Assembly: GCF_000485595.1 (NCBI RefSeq)
Contig: NW_014577078.1
Coordinates: 276,427-328,469 of the forward strand
DNA length: 52,043 bases
Origin: Priapulus caudatus
Taxonomy: Eukaryota
Direction: 5' to 3'
Shown piece after piece: positions 12,879 to 26,400 of this stretch; position 1 is the first letter of the stretch, and every line of letters starts with the position of its first letter. The notes under the pieces are model-generated. The model searched no databases. It saw only the letters and a program-made list of their open reading frames with translations, and was not told where the DNA came from. The position numbers and the translations under genes are program-made.

Positions 12879-12908
12879 GATATCATATAACACGTGTTAT
12901 ATGATATC
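12879..12908. repeat. Perfect 30-bp palindrome
   Basis: gatatcatataacac|gtgttatatgatatc. Confidence 0.9.
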
Positions 12909-13973
12909 TATGAGCACATGGAGCCTTCCTGACCTTCCGCGCTTGGCAACACCGCATGGCAACAAGAGACGCGTCACAACATCGTCGCAGACCGGCAAAA
13001 GTAAATGCTTCTTGAAACATTCAACCCGACACTTTCACTTTGTAGTCTAAAGGCTCTTAATGAACGTATTCCTGAGCAATTTTTTTTTACCTATCACCCA
13101 TATATAGGCAAGTACAAACGTGCAATGTTAAAATAATTCATTTTTGCCTGATTTTATGTTTGCCGCTTGAAACTCCGAGGGAAGACACCTTAAGTGCTAA
13201 AAGTCTCCTTTCTTTTGCAACTGATAAAGAACTGTCGCTGGAAACTATTAAAAGTCTCTAAAATTTTACAAGGGGGTGTATTTAGTTAGCATATAAAACA
13301 GTTAAAAGGAATTAGTAGTGTAACATGTGATGTACAGATGTTTAAATAGAGTAAGTAGTCAGTGAGATAGACTAGGTTTGTTTAGTGTAGTGCCTAACTC
13401 TAGACATCGCGTCACGCACCTTGTCGCGGTTACATTGATGTATTCAGGGAGAATTGTAAACGTGTTGTTAGGTCGGGAGTTTTTCTAAGGTGACGTGAAA
13501 GTTTTTGAGCAGAGCGGGTGTAACATGTGGGGTGATGGCGGGGTTTGATAGAGAAAGAGATCTAGGGGTCCGGAGTCCTGGTGTGAATTCCACGAGGAGA
13601 AGCGCAGGCGCGCGTCAAACACACGTGCTGCCCGTGCGTTGTCTTTGTGCAAGATGGAACACACCTGNNNNNNNNNNNNNNNNNNNNNNNNNNNNNNNNN
13701 NNNNNNNNNNNNNNNNNNNNNNNNNNNNNNNNNNNNNNNNNNNNNNNNNNNNNNNNNNNNNNNNNNNNNNNNNNNNNNNNNNNNNNNNNNNNNNNNNNNN
13801 NNNNNNNNNNNNNNNNNNNNNNNNNNNNNNNNNNNNNNNNNNNNNNNNNNNNNNNNNNNNNNNNNNNNNNNNNNNNNNNNNNNNNNNNNNNNNNNNNNNN
13901 NNNNNNNNNNNNNNNNNNNNNNNNNNNNNNNNNNNNNNNNNNNNNNNNNNNNNNNNNNNNNNNNNNNNNNNNN

Positions 13974-14110
13974 GCGTTGGTTTTATCACTCCCGATAGCC
14001 TTATCACTCGCGTTGGTTTTATCACTCCCGATAGCCTTATCACTCGCGTTGGTTTTATCACTCCTGATAGCCTTATCGCTCGTGTTGGTTATATCCTTAT
14101 CACTCGCTTT
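13974..14110. repeat. 36-bp tandem repeat (18-bp substructure) abutting an N gap
   Basis: gcgttggttttatcactcccgatagccttatcactc occurs about 3-4 times and decays rightwards. It probably continues into the gap. Confidence 0.88.
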
Positions 14111-15037
14111 CTTGCTGGAAATGGTTGGATCACTCGCGTTCACAAGATTTGCGCTTACTTCATCACTTGTTATCAGGGGCATTAATAGCGTGTGGGGGGG
14201 ATGGGGGGATATATTCCCCCCACTTATTGAGGTAGGGGATGGCGTGTACAATCATTCCCCCCCCTACTTTCAGGAGGAAAATGGGGAAAAATTCCATATT
14301 TTACACACATACTGAACATTTATCTACAAATCCGTCATCGCTATTCCTACTCTCCTAATGTATTATTACTCAAATGGAAAGTAACATACATCTACTGTAA
14401 AATGTCTGTAACTTGTTCCAAGAATGATATTATTTTACTGAAACTCGGACGGTTAATTTTGGACGCATTCCCCATATACGATTTTTTTTTCAAAATCCTC
14501 AAATCACGTCTTATCACTGCTCATGAAAGTTAAATCCCTGCTTTATTCAAAATTAGAATAGACCTATTGAGAGTTGGGATATTGAATTTTCACGGGGATT
14601 GAATGGGAAAAATTCTATTTGATCACACTTTTTGGAGGGATGGGGTGCTGAGACCCAACCGGAAGTATATTCCCGATTTTGTATAAGGGGTGAAAATATG
14701 CACTTTTTGGTTCAAATCTGGTTGTTTTTCTCATACCGTTTTTGTACAGTTTTAGCGTTCTCAGTAAAATATACGTTTTATCAAAAATACATAGCACAGA
14801 TTTAGTAGTAATTAAGTATTCGTCTTTGGTGTCCCCAAAGATAAAAATACTCAACTCAACAGGGATATTATTATGATGAAGATTGTTTAATAATGCTGCC
14901 TCAGAGTGCAGGAAATGGCATCTAAGAGGTGTAATTTTCAACCAAATTTCCGGGGACGGTCGACCGGTCCCTCCCCCCCCCTAAACAGGAGGGGAACACC
15001 CCTTGGCTTCTGAAGGAGGAAAAATCTGATATTTTAT

Positions 15038-16081
15038 TGTGACATGCCGAATTGTCACAGGGTTGTTGATTGTTTGGTGCTGCCCTCGAGTGGCGAAATG
15101 AGAGAAAAGATAGACGGCAGCACTGCAGAGAACAGATGGCAGCACTAGGCCACCATGCTGGATCAGATAGGAAGCAGAAGGAAGCATTCTGCTGATGAGT
15201 AATTTCTATCGGTCAACATCTACGAGGTGAGAGGCATTATGCCGCCTGTAGGTAATTGTAGCTGTAGAATTAAGTGCATAGATAAGGATAAAGATATTTC
15301 TAAGACCTGAATACATCATCTCTTGTAAAAGTTTGTTGACAAAGATGAGCAGATAGCATAGGCTAGAAATGTGCATGATTCAGCATCATGCGTATGTACA
15401 TTGTGAATGTAAGTTTTCTTGAGCTCCGTTTCATCAGGAGTATGGATAGAGTCTGATATGATGTGTTTCAACGTCAAGATTTAATAACAAAGTGTGATAA
15501 AGTTGTGACTACATTTTGTATCTATGCCAAGCAATGCTTTTCAATATCACTAATATAGTTAGTGACTGTTAGTCCATATGGCATTCTTATTGTTTCGATG
15601 ATATTCACGTTATTCCGGTGACATTTACAATGTTTGATTATGTTCACGTTATTCCTAGGTTATCGTGTGACCCAGGGCAGTTGTTGCCCGCGAAGTTGGT
15701 GTGGTCATTTCTACGGTGGCATGATCTAGCGCGATCATGTACTGGGCTCCCTAGGGTATGTGAGCCAATGCTCTCTTGTGTAGCTATTGGTTAGAATGTT
15801 TTGTATTTTGTATAATGTACAGTGTAATAAATATATGGTGTTATTTCTGTAACTATAGTCTATAATTCTAATTATTCTCAACGTTTAAATGGGGTCGGTA
15901 CCCCATCAGCATTAAGCTATTGGAACAGTTAATCGATTGTATGTACATGTTGCGTGGTTTTAAGCGTTAGGCTGTCCATGCGCTCATGCATGTGTATTTG
16001 TATGTTCCAGGGTTTTTGTTTGTTTACAAATAAATCTTCTACCCCGCACTTGATTGTTGGAGTCTATTTCCGGACCTCACA
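15038..16081 (+). repeat. 5' LTR (~1044 bp) of the Gypsy element
   Basis: Starts tgtga (15038) and ends tcaca (16081), a 5-bp inverted repeat with TG...CA ends. AATAAA at 16029-16034. The PBS follows after a 2-nt spacer. The left boundary cannot be confirmed without a 3' LTR. Confidence 0.7.
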
Positions 16082-16083
16082 AA

Positions 16084-16101
16084 TGGCGCAGTCGACAGGA
16101 T
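16084..16101 (+). promoter_or_regulatory. Primer binding site complementary to a tRNA-Ser-type 3' end
   Basis: TGGCGCAGTCGACAGGAT directly after the LTR end, matching the complement of ...ATCCTG(T/C)CGACT(G/A)CG-CCA. Confidence 0.8.
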
Positions 16102-19100
16102 TTTCAAGTACGGCATCCATTGATCCGAGGAGATAAACAAACCCCTGAGGGAGACGAGAGAAACAAGAAGACTCTATAAGGCGAACATCTGCACGATCTG
16201 TGGCGCAGCATACGTGACGCTGAAGGCTCTGCAGGGACACATGGACTCGCATGCCGATATAGCATATGGATGTAGCATTCTGCAGGATGGCATGGCGACC
16301 AGCTAGTCAGATAGCCACGTAGCATTTAGGCGAAAACAATAATGCACTTTGTACACATTTGTATTGTATGAATAAATTGCGCGATTGTAGTGGTGTAGAC
16401 TGTAGACTGAGGAAGCTTCTCGAGTACAAGCCTCCCAGGCTTGCTCCTTGGGTCCGCTAAGATTCTAGCGTGGTCCATTCTCACGCGACGTCCGGAATGG
16501 AGGATCGGGCTGAGGATGTTGGAGGAGGACGTTAGCGAGGCCAAATTGTGTGGAAGGCCACACTTTTAAGCTGGTGTTGCCAGCGTGGCCGGGGTATGCT
16601 GCTCCCTCCCGACGGGTGGACTAACGGATTCCGGGACCGTCCGGAGAAGTCCTGGCGCCATCCCGGAGGTTGAAATGAATGGTGGGGACATGCAGGCCTC
16701 AATTAGGGCACCCATCAAAGGCACCCAGGAGGACAGCGGCCAGCGTGGTCCTCCAACTACCTGGGGCAGGGCCCGCATGGAGGTGAGTGGTAGGCGAGGG
16801 GTAAGCGCAAGGATGCTCGAAGAAATATCTTTCGAGAGTCCCTGTTGGCGACTTTTGGAGATGCGGACACCAATCTCTTGCGAGCTGCCAGCAGCGATTC
16901 TTTTCATAGCCAGCAGAAAGCGCAGCCGAAGACCTGCTTAGGCTTGCTCACTGGAGCTGCGTTCCCGTTGTACAATCTGCGTCACCGCTATGGATGGATC
17001 ATGAGGAAGGCATCCAGAAACATCACTCTGAAGGGCAAGGCTGGCAGAGGCAGTCACGAGAGGCTGTGCAACGCGGAATTAAGGCGTCTATAACCTCGAG
17101 TCCCAGCCCTGACTTACTTTCGAGTTGCGCGGACCGGGCATACCAGTGGCTGGGCACAGCCGCTGACAAGGGCCGTCACCGTGATCGCTATAGACCAGGA
17201 GGTCACCTCCTGAGCGTGTGACCCATGGTGGCTGCTATCATAAGCACAAGGGCGACCAGATTAGCTTGAAGTATTAAAGCAGAGCGCCCAGCAGCAATGT
17301 CTGCTCATCGATGGATATCTGCGACAACAGGCGAGTGGGGTCGACCGCTGTCAAACAGGGGCCCACGGCGCCAGTAATGGGGCCTGACAAGAGCCCAGTG
17401 CTTGTTGGAGTTCCAGTCCCCGGGCCAATATATCAAAGGAACTGCCCGGTAAGGGGAATGGGCCGGTGGGGCCACCCCAGGTTTCTCACGGCCAAAATTT
17501 GTCGGAAAAACTAAAGTCGTCCGTGTTGCCAGTGAGCTGTGCGCGGCAGGCTGTGAGTCCGTAGGAAAACGGACAGGCGTGCTCACTTTTAAAACAAAGC
17601 AAGTAGGAGAGTGCCCGCCGAGGCCCTAGTTAAGATAGCTGTGGCGGAGATGAAAGTGTTGCTGGACCAACTGGATGCTCAGTGCTCTTCGTTCCACAGG
17701 TAACGGAATCATTTCTTCTGCCGTGTGTACGCGTATGGTGACTGGTAGCAACGGGAGCATGCACAAGGATGTGTCCGGATTCCATCTCCTATTTCTGGTG
17801 TGCCCAGGGCTTGAAAGTCCCTACGCGAGGCTACTATAGAACGCGCGACGCTTGAGATCTGCGGCATACCTTCGCACAGGATGGATTCCTGGTAGTGTGT
17901 GACCCAAAAGGCGACCCCCAATGGAGAATCCGAAGCGAGTTAGTTCCGGGGTAATTGGAAGCTAACATCCTGCGAAGAGATGCCGGACAGCTGCTCAAGG
18001 AGAAGTGCGGGCGAGACCATCCTAAGAGATTTGACAGACTCCCAGCGAGTAGATGGGACCACTGGGCTCATGTCCTTGCCTTATATGGAGCATCCAAAAC
18101 TGAAGCAAAGAAGCCTGACCACGGCTGAACCAAGCACCTGCAGGGTAAGGGTAAGGCTGTAGAAGGGGCCAAGCAGCTGATACCAGCCCCGGTCAGTGAA
18201 GATACTGGAGGGCACGCTGCATGGGCGGCTATAGAGAGCACCTACGTTAATGGTAGAGCACCAGGAGGAAATGCCACCAGCCCTTCCATACAGGCTCGCT
18301 GTGGAGCAGGACTTGCTACCAGGCTAAGGCCGTCTAGACAGGAACGATCCCGATACAGGTGACCAATGGAGTGGCAGGCGACCTCTATCTGATCACGAGA
18401 CGCCTGTGGCACTCGTGGAAACGGTCACAGCTGAACCCCCAGCTAAGGATCCATTCCGTGAGTCTTTCATTGAGGTGCGGATAGATAGAGGTTGAGTGTA
18501 AGGCAGGCCAATGAACGTACCGCATGACCTGATCAACCGAGAGGGTACATAGGCGAGGCGACTCACAACAGATCAGCACGAGGTAATGAACGCCCTAAAT
18601 CAGGAAGCACCAGCAATGTGTTCAGTGCCGAGACGATGAACTGAATAAGGTTACTGTGACCTAGGTCACCCACCAGGATCCAACACCTCAAGGATAGTAT
18701 AAGGCCAGTGAGGAGTGGCCACAGGAAGTGTTCCGCCAAACCAATGACAGAAGTGGCATAGAACTTTATCAAGTTCGCATTGGAAGAGGGACATGTACCC
18801 GTGAATCCCATAACAGTCCTTACGCATCTCCCAGTGGTGTTGCCGTGACGAAACCATCAGGCAGAAGGTCGGTCTGCGAGGATTACAGGGCGCTGACACG
18901 CTCAAGACAACCCGGATGCTTACCCCTTACCCGCAGTCGAGTGATGCCGCAGGCTTTCTGAAGAGGTGGAAGTACTTCTGCAGCCTAGACCGTGCCTCAC
19001 GGCTTCTACGCAGGCTACCAGTGGCTGAGGAGGACCGGAACAAGACCGCCTTCAGACAACTGGCCACAGGGTGCGGCCTATATGAATTCTGTCGGCATGC

Positions 19101-21129
19101 GATGGGTTTGTGCAATGGTCTCAGGGACTTTTGATGGCGGCTGATGGACGCATTATTTTCGGAGATCAGAATTTCGCAATACACTGATCAATTATCTGGA
19201 TTGTACCTTTTTGGTATTCGTATCAGTCTTCGACCAATGGATCGAACGTCTGGATATGGTGTTAGAACGATCTCGGCCAAGCATAATCTCAAGGTGAAGC
19301 CAGAGAAATTGTAGGTGTGGCCAAGAAACACATCAGGTACTTTAGGCCACATGGTTCTGCGAGGGTATTCGCCCTGACCCAGAGAAGTAGAGTGATGCAA
19401 GGAGTGGAAGGTCCGCGCGGACAGAAACGTCAAGCTCGGGCGTTCCTTGGCCTGTTCGGCGTTACTAACGCTGCCAGTTATGAAAAGGCTTCTCCCCAGT
19501 TGGCTGCACCACTGCATTGCCGCTGATAGGACGTACCAGCAAATCTAACAGAAAAGGAGGAATCCTCAAGCGACTATCACTGTGGACTGGACTGGAAACT
19601 GCCAGGTGGCCTTTGAAGAACTGAAGAGGTTTGCCTAATCTCTGCTCCCATTCTGGGGCACCTGACTTCTCGCAGGTCCATCATCATTGTGTGAGAGCCG
19701 ATGCCAAGCCTCACAAAGGTTTGGGTGCAGTGCTATGCCAGGAAGTTGAGAGAAAACTGTACTGTCATATTCGCTATGCGAGTCGGGGGCTGCGGGAGGC
19801 AGGAGCGGAACATAGATCAACTACAGCAGCAAGAGCTTGACACTGCTGGCCTTAAAGTGGCCATTACCAGAAAAAGTTCAGGGACATGCTCCTACTGGTG
19901 TGCCGGTTACAAGGTAATACACTGAAGTAAGCAACCCTTTGTGCTTACCTGGCAAACATACGGCAGAGCTGAACGCCACTGAAATGCGAATGGGCCAGCC
20001 AGTAGTGGCTTCCTTTCACTTCACGTTTGAGGTACCAAGCCAGCGCGCTATTGGTAGCAGAACCAGATCCATACCGGAGGGAGGACTGGGGCGGGATGAC
20101 TAGGAAGGATCAGGCAGAGCAGCTAGCTCACAGCTTTGACACAGAATTGCAGCGGACCAGATCGTCTGCCAGTCTTGGATCGGCATCTCGCCCAGCTACC
20201 AACCTACCAAGCAGAGACCTGAAGGGAGGCCGTTGATCAACTGTGTAAGCGCCCCATGGATGCAGTGAGATCAGCACAACCCGGTCCAGACAGACCGGTG
20301 CCCTGCTGCCTACGGCATCAGTTGCCTGGAAATACCCAGACCGGAGCTGAAGCAAGCTGCAACGGAGGTGACCAATACTTAAGGAGGATCTGGCACTGGT
20401 GGATAAGGAGAGCAGGCCCCTGTGAGGAGTCCGAGAACTGAAGCAGGAACCACACGGTAGGTCCGAAGGCGTGCTTGCGGCGACTGGGTCGCTTTTGAGT
20501 CCGTAGAACAACGTACTTCACGAGTAGTTGGTGGAAATGCGGATCAGAATCGTGCAGGCAGTGCTCGGCTCTCGGTGCCCTGAAACGCATCAGTACTAAA
20601 GGCGTAACGATGACTCAGCTGGGCACGCAGGCATAGAGAGACCCTACGTCTCGCGAGGGCCAAGATTGCTTTGACCAAAACATGGCTAGAGAGGGATCCG
20701 AGCAGGCATCGTCAGAAGTGCCAACGTTGCACTTGGCAAAGCTGGGACAGGCGAGCCCCAAACAGCCATGGGAGCCTGATCGCAGTCAACACAGGAAGTA
20801 GTCGGCGATTGAAGTTTTACATGTTGGAGCCTGGTCTAGGAGGTAGGAGGACGTACTGTGGTATGACAGATCGTGTTCACCAAGTACACGCAGCTCATAG
20901 CCGTCAAGGACCGCAGATAGGCTACCCACGGTGCTAAGACACTGGTCAGACCACTGTTTGTCCGGTTTGGATGTCCTAAGGAGACTGCACAGTGACAAGT
21001 GTTGTTGGACGCCAATGTGAGTGAGGTGCAGAGGGGGGGGGGAGGTGGGCGGTTGCGGGGAGGGCGCGTGGTGGGAGCTGTATATGGGGTGTCGAGGGAG
21101 GTCGCCAACCAACCCTTCANCGCGCCACC

Positions 21130-21183
21130 GGTCACTTCGCCTGTATGCGGCGAGTTAGCAATCCCCTTGGGTTAGTATCTATG
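21130..21183 (+). other. Putative non-coding first exon / promoter region of CWC15
   Basis: CpG-containing stretch ending in a strong donor ctatg|gtaagc. The ATG-containing exon has an acceptor (tattgtag| at 23205) 66 nt upstream of the ATG, so an upstream UTR exon is expected. Confidence 0.45.
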
Positions 21184-21331
21184 GTAAGCCGTAACTACGT
21201 ACGTACGGCGTAAGGCTGTTACTGGAAGTCTGGTACTAGTGGTAGTACTATTATTACTATATTTTTTGCTTTTTGTGACGTTTTACTATCCGTATCATAT
21301 ACTCAAGACAAGAGTCAAACACACTACTATT

Positions 21332-21411
21332 TAGATACAATAATGTAACCCAAACCCAAGAGGATAGGGGATAGCCTATCCTCTTGGGTTTGGGTTACAT
21401 TATTGTATCTA
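21332..21411. mobile_element. 80-bp hairpin MITE with a 9-bp TSD (Mutator-like)
   Basis: 37-bp perfect inverted arms tagatacaataatgtaacccaaacccaagaggatagg around a 6-nt loop. Flanked by the direct repeat actactatt (21323-21331 and 21412-21420). Confidence 0.88.
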
Positions 21412-21530
21412 ACTACTATTGTGAACAGAAGTTGTATTCCAATACTCGATAGGCAATAGGCAATACACTATTTAGTATTTTGACACAAACACCTTACAGT
21501 TACAATAGGCCTACAATACAGTCACAGTGT

Positions 21531-21800
21531 CAGTGGCGGATCTCAAGGTGGGTTGGGGGGTGCAACCCCCCTGTTTCAGCCACTGACTAATGTTATGATA
21601 CCAATAAAATGGGGAGTAGTACTAGTAAAAGTCGGTCTGCAGACAGAAATAGGGGATTTCCCCTGTGACCACACAGCTGCCTGAAATTTCCAGGTGGGAG
21701 GTAGCATGCCCCCGGACCACCCTAGCGCCGCATGGCCTCGGCACACCTTCACTCAAATGTCAACCCTCCCCCCATCTCCTGAAAGCTAGATCTGCCCCTG
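21531..21800. mobile_element. Short non-autonomous TIR element
   Basis: Ends cagtggcggatct ... agatctgcccctg form an imperfect 13-bp TIR with a G/C-run interior. About 150 bp of it is repeated across the gap at 22279-22427. No TSD seen. Confidence 0.55.
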
Positions 21801-22723
21801 CAATANNNNNNNNNNNNNNNNNNNNNNNNNNNNNNNNNNNNNNNNNNNNNNNNNNNNNNNNNNNNNNNNNNNNNNNNNNNNNNNNNNNNNNNNNNNNNNN
21901 NNNNNNNNNNNNNNNNNNNNNNNNNNNNNNNNNNNNNNNNNNNNNNNNNNNNNNNNNNNNNNNNNNNNNNNNNNNNNNNNNNNNNNNNNNNNNNNNNNNN
22001 NNNNNNNNNNNNNNNNNNNNNNNNNNNNNNNNNNNNNNNNNNNNNNNNNNNNNNNNNNNNNNNNNNNNNNNNNNNNNNNNNNNNNNNNNNNNNNNNNNNN
22101 NNNNNNNNNNNNNNNNNNNNNNNNNNNNNNNNNNNNNNNNNNNNNNNNNNNNNNNNNNNNNNNNNNNNNNNNNNNNNNNNNNNNNNNNNNNNNNNNNNNN
22201 NNNNNNNNNNNNNNNNNNNNNNNNNNNNNNNNNNNNNNNNNNNNNNNNNNNNNNNNNNNNNNNNNNNNNNNNNNNNNNGGGGGGTGCAACCCCCCTGTTT
22301 CAGCCACTGACTAATGTTATGATACCAATAAAATGGGGAGTAGTACTAGTAAAAGTCGGTCTGCAGACAGAAATAGGGGATTTCCCCTGTGACCACACAG
22401 CTGCCTGAAATTTCCAGGTGGGAGGTATTTTCGAAGCATAGTAAATCTCATAGTATAGTAGCTTTCAGAAAATAATAACATTCGTTAATAGAGTTTGGTA
22501 CCCTGATGTGAATTTTTGGTTATTTACCTACTTGCATACCTTAACAAAGCACTGATATTTACACAGAGAAGTCGAGTGACTGAACTTGCTGTGTAAATAT
22601 TACTATTCTCAAAAGCATAATCTGCTTTTCCCCATTTAAACAGCAGAAGTGAAGAAGCTTTTGTGTGACTCTGTCTGATCAAAACTTTATTCATTGTTGA
22701 ATTCAAAATGGTTGATGGTGGAA

Positions 22724-23035
22724 CAGGGTTCTGCCCAGGATTTTTTAGTGCCGGGCGCATCCAGTTGCGACGAAGTCGGAAGATGCAAGCGCCGTAGGCG
22801 CGAAGCCAATCTAGGGGGGTCTGGGGCATGCCCCACCGGAAAATTTTTAATTTTGGATAGTCTGAAACTCAATTTCCTGCATTCTGAGCAATAAAAAGCC
22901 CATATATCATACTTTTTTTTCTTTTCTTTTTTTATATATCAAAAATTAGTGCCGGGCAGAGATATATAGTGCCGGGCGGCAACCGCGAGTGCCGGGCACA
23001 CCCGCCCACCGCCGCCCACCGTGGCCAGAACCCTT
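22724..23035. mobile_element. Non-autonomous TIR element with a probable 6-bp TSD
   Basis: Ends cagggttctgccca ... tggccagaaccctt, flanks gtggaa / gtgcaa, and internal repeated agtgccgggc motifs. Confidence 0.65.
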
Positions 23036-23271
23036 GTGCAATTTAATTTTTACACATGCACATAGGATATGTATCTAAGATAGTAGGCCTATCATTGGAG
23101 CTGTTTGTGGTGACACTGATTTGTGGTGACAGCATACGCTAGGCTATACAAATTAGTTTGATAATAATGGTAACTTTTAAATAAACGTTTATAACTATAT
23201 TGTAGGTTTAAACAACAAGACCAAAAGATCTATAGAGGAAGCAATTATAGTGCATACCTATCTCATAAAAC

Positions 23272-23402
23272 ATGACAACTGCAGCACGACCAACATTTGA
23301 ACCAGCCAGAGGTGGTAGGGGGAAGAATGAAGGGGATCTAAGTGCTTTGTCGAAGCAGTATTCCAGTCGAGATCTACCAGGCCAAACACGGTTGAAATAC
23401 AG
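23272..23402 (+). CDS. CWC15: CWC15 coding exon 1
   Basis: [43 protein letters not shown](R); donor ag|gtaggt. Confidence 0.96.
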
Positions 23403-26400
23403 GTAGGTTCACAAACAGATCATGCAATGCCGCACAATGGAGTGTTTAGGGGCTGAATAGTATTTTCTTTTGTTGTCACGATAGTTGTTTTGCACGTACA
23501 TAACTAGTGATGGCATCTGCATCAGCATTGGCTGACCCAGTAAAATGTTATTTATCTAATCATGATTAATGACATAATTTTTATCACGTGATATTGATTG
23601 TAGAATAATAGAATATGGAGTGAACTAGAAAGAATGTTGATTTTAATGTCCCTCGTGGTGGTACTGACTACCCTATTTTCAGGGGTTACACATTATTAAT
23701 CCGTGTACCAAATTTACCTCTAGGCCACAGCTCTCTCATAAGTATGTGTATAAGAACAGCAGTAATATCGCTTGTTAACTGCACTGTGCAATTTTCAATT
23801 GGCTTTTATTGAGTTACATGTAATAGCTCATCTTAAATCTGGTTCAATAAGTATGTTTCTTAGATTTTTTTCTTGCAATTTTTTTTCCTTGTTTTTGTTG
23901 TGCCTTGTTACTATGTACTACTTGGGATATCTTGTTTCTGCATTGCATAGGGAAGAAGGTCAAGGGACACAGGATGAGCTGCGTAGCAGAGACTTTCGCA
24001 GGGAGTTGGAGGAAAGGGAACACTCGTCTAGAGAAAAGAGAGGTTCAAGGGATCCGAAAGACAAAGGTAAATGCTATAGTTTTTGTACAGAGCACTGAAG
24101 TGTGGCAGTGTATGTTCTTCTTGGGTAGACACGATTCCAAGAGTGTTTAGTAGTTTCCAAGAGCTAATAATTAATTCATAGTGTGTATAATGGGAAAATT
24201 GATAAATAGTGCCATTTTAAATGCAAACCTAGAGTAAATTTTCTTTCCTCTCTAAAGCAAGACCAACTGCTTGTCTCTATGACACTTCTGGGCTGAGATA
24301 TTGGATTGTAATCTTAGCTCATCTAAGCATTACAGGCTTGTAGAAATCGAATTGAACACATCTCTTGCGCCTACGCTCGCTTCTGCTTTTTGCCTATCAT
24401 TCTCTGTCGCTGGTTGCAGTGCTGATCAATATGTCACTCCTCCAAATTTGGTCTTCTGTTGGGTTATATTATTGTATCTAACTTTGGGGTAGCAGTATCA
24501 CTAGTAGTAGTACTAGTAGACTACTAGACTACCAGGTTGAAAATTTGGTGGCACATTTTAGACAGTCAAAAAATCGACATACATATAAACATCGACTCAT
24601 AGAAATAATATCTAGTTATACTCCATACATTTCTATGCATCGACACTGTATCATGTACTTATTACACTGGTTACCATAGGCAGCGGCTAATACGTTATAG
24701 TGCTTCTACTAGTACTAGTATCTGGTACTTCTAACAATGTAATTAGGAATTGTATTTACAAGAGACTTATCTTATAACGATGTTGAAGTGAATGAATCTC
24801 AAGACGATCTATAAAAGTCGCAGATCGTACCATACGTACAGACGGGAGCACAAACATAGAGTTTCGCTATCTTTGTTGACCAGTCTAAAGCACCATTCTT
24901 GAACCACGTGCACCGAGGTCAAGTCCACCCCAACCATGCTCGCGCTACAGCATATATAATATATAAATATATAACACCATTGGTCTAACTTGCTGCCGAG
25001 CTTTGCACAACTCGCTGTTTTCAATGAACTTCAACTCGGGTGTTCCTGCAGATGGCACCACTTTCCAACTATCGCTGGAATTGTGTAAGACTGCTTGAAA
25101 CAAGCTACACTATTAATTTTGGACAATCGGCCTGACAAAAAATTCACTCAAATTACAGAAATTCCTCAAATGTTGATACAAAACGACCTGTCAAATGTTA
25201 CAGAAGTGGAGACAGGTATGGGCAACTGTTGGCGGCTGTCACCGCTTATGTAACATTCGGCCAGTCATTACTATTTTCACTGGATTTGAGTTATGTAGCA
25301 TGACAGCAGGATAGACAGAATTTGGAAAGTAAAACTGTAGCAGTAACAGCAAACTGATCCAGCAAACACAGCAACACAGTCCAGCCTATGTAGGTCTTAA
25401 GTCTGTTTACGTGTGTTGAAGTTTTAATTGTAAGCAAGGTGGTAGCAGCGGACCTAGTGACCAGCTTGGTGCAAACTGGCCGCAATATCAATTGGGAGCC
25501 CATCAAGCATGAACAATTATTGATTGAACAGATTTTCTTCCTATACAGGCCATATAACATGGTATTTTGGAGTGGTGGGATTTTCATAACCTGTAAGAAC
25601 AGGCGCCTGGTTTTTTTATTTTCGAATGTTAGTTATTTTCAAGTTTGTTATATTAAACTATGAATACACTTTCGTAGATTCAAGCAAGAGACCAAGACTA
25701 GATCAGATTCCGGCTGCAAACTTGGACGCTGACGACCCAATTGATGACGAGGTATAGCTGGATGGGTTTCCTGGCAATAATTCTCCTACACCACCTAATA
25801 TGATGTGATTGTTCACTGAATAAAACAGCATGTCTTGGTCATCGTGCCTACGCGGTCATGAATGAGGAAGCTTTCCACACAGTGTTGGGTGTCAATTGTG
25901 ATGATGCATTGATGAATTAAATTTCATTTTGAATTGTTGAAATAAGTGCCAGAAACTAAGTAGACTCAAAACTACATTTTTATCTTGCAACTAATTATTT
26001 GCTACATTTATGACTATATGCAACAAAGCTTGAACATGTATTACTGGCTAAAACTTGATATCTACTCTGTAACCTTATTTTTAAATTATGTTTGAAGTAA
26101 TGAGAAAAGACTTGTTTATTATGCCGTGGACCAGTGGTATCTATGGTATAGTGTGTTTGATCTTTACTGTGAACCTGCATTGTGCTATGTTCATGTTTGT
26201 ATGTGCAGGATGAAGATGTGGACTCTGATGAGAGCGATGAAGATGATACAGCCGAGCTGATGGCTGAACTGAACAGGATTAAAAAAGAGAGAGCAGCAGA
26301 GCAATCCCGCAGAGTGAGTACCAAACAATTATAGTATGCACAAAGTGCATGCTAAACACACGTTCATTAATCGTAGTTCTCCCCAGGAACTATAGAAGGC

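Larger units (their letters stand above)
15038..21000 (+). mobile_element. Ty3/Gypsy LTR retrotransposon, 3'-truncated, many frameshifts
   Basis: 5' LTR and PBS, then gag with a knuckle-like CW...HI..NCP (~17400-17450) and a protease LLD(T)G-like motif (~17660). RT motifs SPYASP..V.KPSG..VCEDYRAL and EEDRNKTAF..GLYEF..MGLCN (18815-19140). RNase H ADA..KGLGAVLCQ..YASRGL (~19700). Integrase HHCC region and ..LFVRFGCP.RLHSD (20620-21000). Integrase after RT/RH is the Gypsy order. Confidence 0.92.

Noticed and set aside
13505..14315. Repeat-protein ORFs (TRVGFITPDSLI / SDKTNASDKAI)
   Set aside because: They are open only because of the N gap and a stop-poor 36-bp tandem repeat. No splice context or homology was recognised.
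21553..22427. ~150-bp direct repeat flanking a gap, as a possible LTR pair
   Set aside because: Identical sequence on both sides of an N run, inside a TIR element, is typical of an unmerged contig overlap.
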